NCBI RefSeq assembly: GCF_001194135.2 | Contig: NC_068994.1 | Location: 44,537,933 to 44,601,932, forward strand | Source: Octopus bimaculoides | Taxonomy: Eukaryota | Length of the DNA: 64,000 nucleotides | Direction of reading: 5' to 3' | In this document: piece by piece, positions 62,081 to 64,000 of the stretch | Position numbering within the stretch: the first letter of the stretch is position 1 | How the letters are laid out: every line of letters starts with the position of its first letter | Program-made: the position numbers and the translations under genes | Notes under the pieces: generated by a model | Told to the model about the DNA's origin: nothing | Seen by the model: only the letters and a program-made list of their open reading frames with translations | Databases searched by the model: none

Positions 62081-64000
62081 AATTACTCTTTTATAGAATA
62101 CTGAATATCTATATTCATTCAAATTGATAGAGAAATTACTATTTTCACCAAGGAAAATGTCTTACAATAAAGGAGAGTGTATTCTTTCAAATATAAAATT
62201 AAATCCTTATCTATGATTCAAAACATGAAAAACTTCCCTTAATTTTGTATATTTATGAAATATATATATTTCTTCAAGGACTTGATGTTAAATCTTAATG
62301 ATAATTTTGAGGCACAAGAAATCAGATTTTTGTCTCTAAGTTTTGTTTAAGATATATTCTTTTTCATAAACCTAACAAAATCTTTGTCAATTTCTCTTTG
62401 CCTTCTATTATTTTTCACATGAAAAAAGGCAAAATATGACTTTGCCATATGACTTCAACTATAACAAGATTGCTTCTCTTTAATAATATTTCTAAATTTA
62501 TGATATCCATTCTGTTGTTAAAAATAGACAAATTATATGGCTTCCACTCAACAGACAAAAGAAGTTTTCAACCACCATGATGTACTCATTAACATGCATT
62601 GTTTAGGCAGAGAAGCTCTAAACAACTGCATTTCTATATCAAAGCAAATAGGGTTCAGTATTATTGACTGGTTAGAGTTCCATAACCTTCTTCATTCAAA
62701 CTTTGGTATTGATTACAAACAATGTTTAAATAGTGGTCAAATTTTATCTTTGAATACAAAATATTTGAATGAGTTCAGAAAATACAACTTCCAACTGTTA
62801 TTGATTGAATCTTTAACAAATATAGAGAAAAAAACATAGGATATGCCTAGAATCATAAACAAAAAATGTTTTAATCATATTTGTAAGAAATAAACAAAAT
62901 AACTTTGAGTGCCATGAGGAGAGATGAGTTGTAATAGCATTCATACTATTTCATAGATAAGATATATATAACATAAATACTAATGCTAAATAGTATGGTC
63001 TTGTTTTAGATTGGTGTTGATAAATATTGCTTTTGTGAGCTAATTTTAAAATATGTAACATGAAAATAATGGTAATCCTCAAAAGCAAAATGTTTTTATA
63101 TTCACTGTTGTATTTAGAATTTTATTGTAGATTGTAAAACACATAAAATTGGTTGTATAGATTAGCAAGCTAAAGGTACCGTAACTAATGTCCACCAACA
63201 GCCTCTTTCAAAATATTGAAACAACAAAATTATTAAAAAAAAAACATACAGTACAGGATTGAAAAACAAAGAAGCAAGCTGTAAATCTATATCATTTTAC
63301 TGCAAAAAGAAATATTTCCTGGAAAGGAAGCTTGAAGGGGTAGTTAATTTCGAAAGATTTGATTCTGTTCTTTTCACAAGATATGATTCCAATGAGTAAA
63401 TCTTCTATAATATGTGTCCCAAACATTAAGCTAAAAACTTGTTGATTACATGAGAGATTGTGTTCTCCTTAAATGATAAACTAAACATATTTCATGTTTA
63501 TAGACATGTTAGAAAACTACAGATACCAAGTCCCTATGTATAAAAGCTGTAATTTGACATATCACATCAATGCCACAAATAGATCGTAATTAGTGCTTTA
63601 TAAATCATTAATTACTTTGTTTTTGTTTGTTTATTTGGGGGTTTTATTCACTTTGTAAGAGTTTCGTTCAACATAATTTACCTGAGAAATTTACCTGTCT
63701 TCTTCTATGCTACTTACCCGCCACCACCACTTGAAGTATATTTTAGTATATTTAAGTATAATTTCTCTAATGTAAAAAGCAAACTATTTGATTTACTCTT
63801 TATATGTTAATGAGTTATTTTTTAAACCATTTTTTAATTTGAAATAAATATCTTCTAAAAGATATAAACTCTGATATTTATAATTTTATTTTATTTTTAT
63901 TATCAATCAATTAATTAGAATAGCATAAACCTAAGTAAATATTTTACACACAAACATTATTCATTCATATATTTCAACCTAATCAATACTTTTATTTATT

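Noticed and set aside
62537-62839. 100-aa ORF in the AT-rich tail
   Set aside because: No homology recognised; composition is what AT-rich non-coding DNA gives; lies in a putative UTR.

Overview
AT-rich, extremely repeat-dense eukaryotic DNA from a gapped draft scaffold (10 N-runs, most starting or ending in microsatellites). The SINE, LINE and microsatellite content looks like a coleoid cephalopod, probably Octopus; this is an inference from pattern. No intact host protein-coding gene can be confidently called, and most of the supplied ORF track is microsatellite or N-gap artefact. The window is a graveyard of transposable elements. DNA elements: two unrelated Helitron/PIF1-helicase remnants (one with its 3' hairpin-CTAG terminus), mariner/Tc1 fragments, several MITEs including a TTAA piggyBac-type one. 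Retroelements: the 3' end of an LTR retrotransposon, RTE/CR1/L2/R4/Tx1-type LINE fragments, and at least four tRNA-derived SINE families that exchange modules. The most interesting signal is a set of minimal type-I hammerhead ribozyme motifs of the Penelope-like kind at about 14.4, 25.7-26.8, 33.7 and 34.6 kb. One has a fully intact catalytic core (26748-26815). Another sits in a 326-bp TSD-flanked insertion together with a tRNA-derived Pol III head, i.e. a candidate SINE/retrozyme hybrid. Two possible terminal exons and a repeat-poor putative 3' UTR occupy the last 3.3 kb (low confidence).
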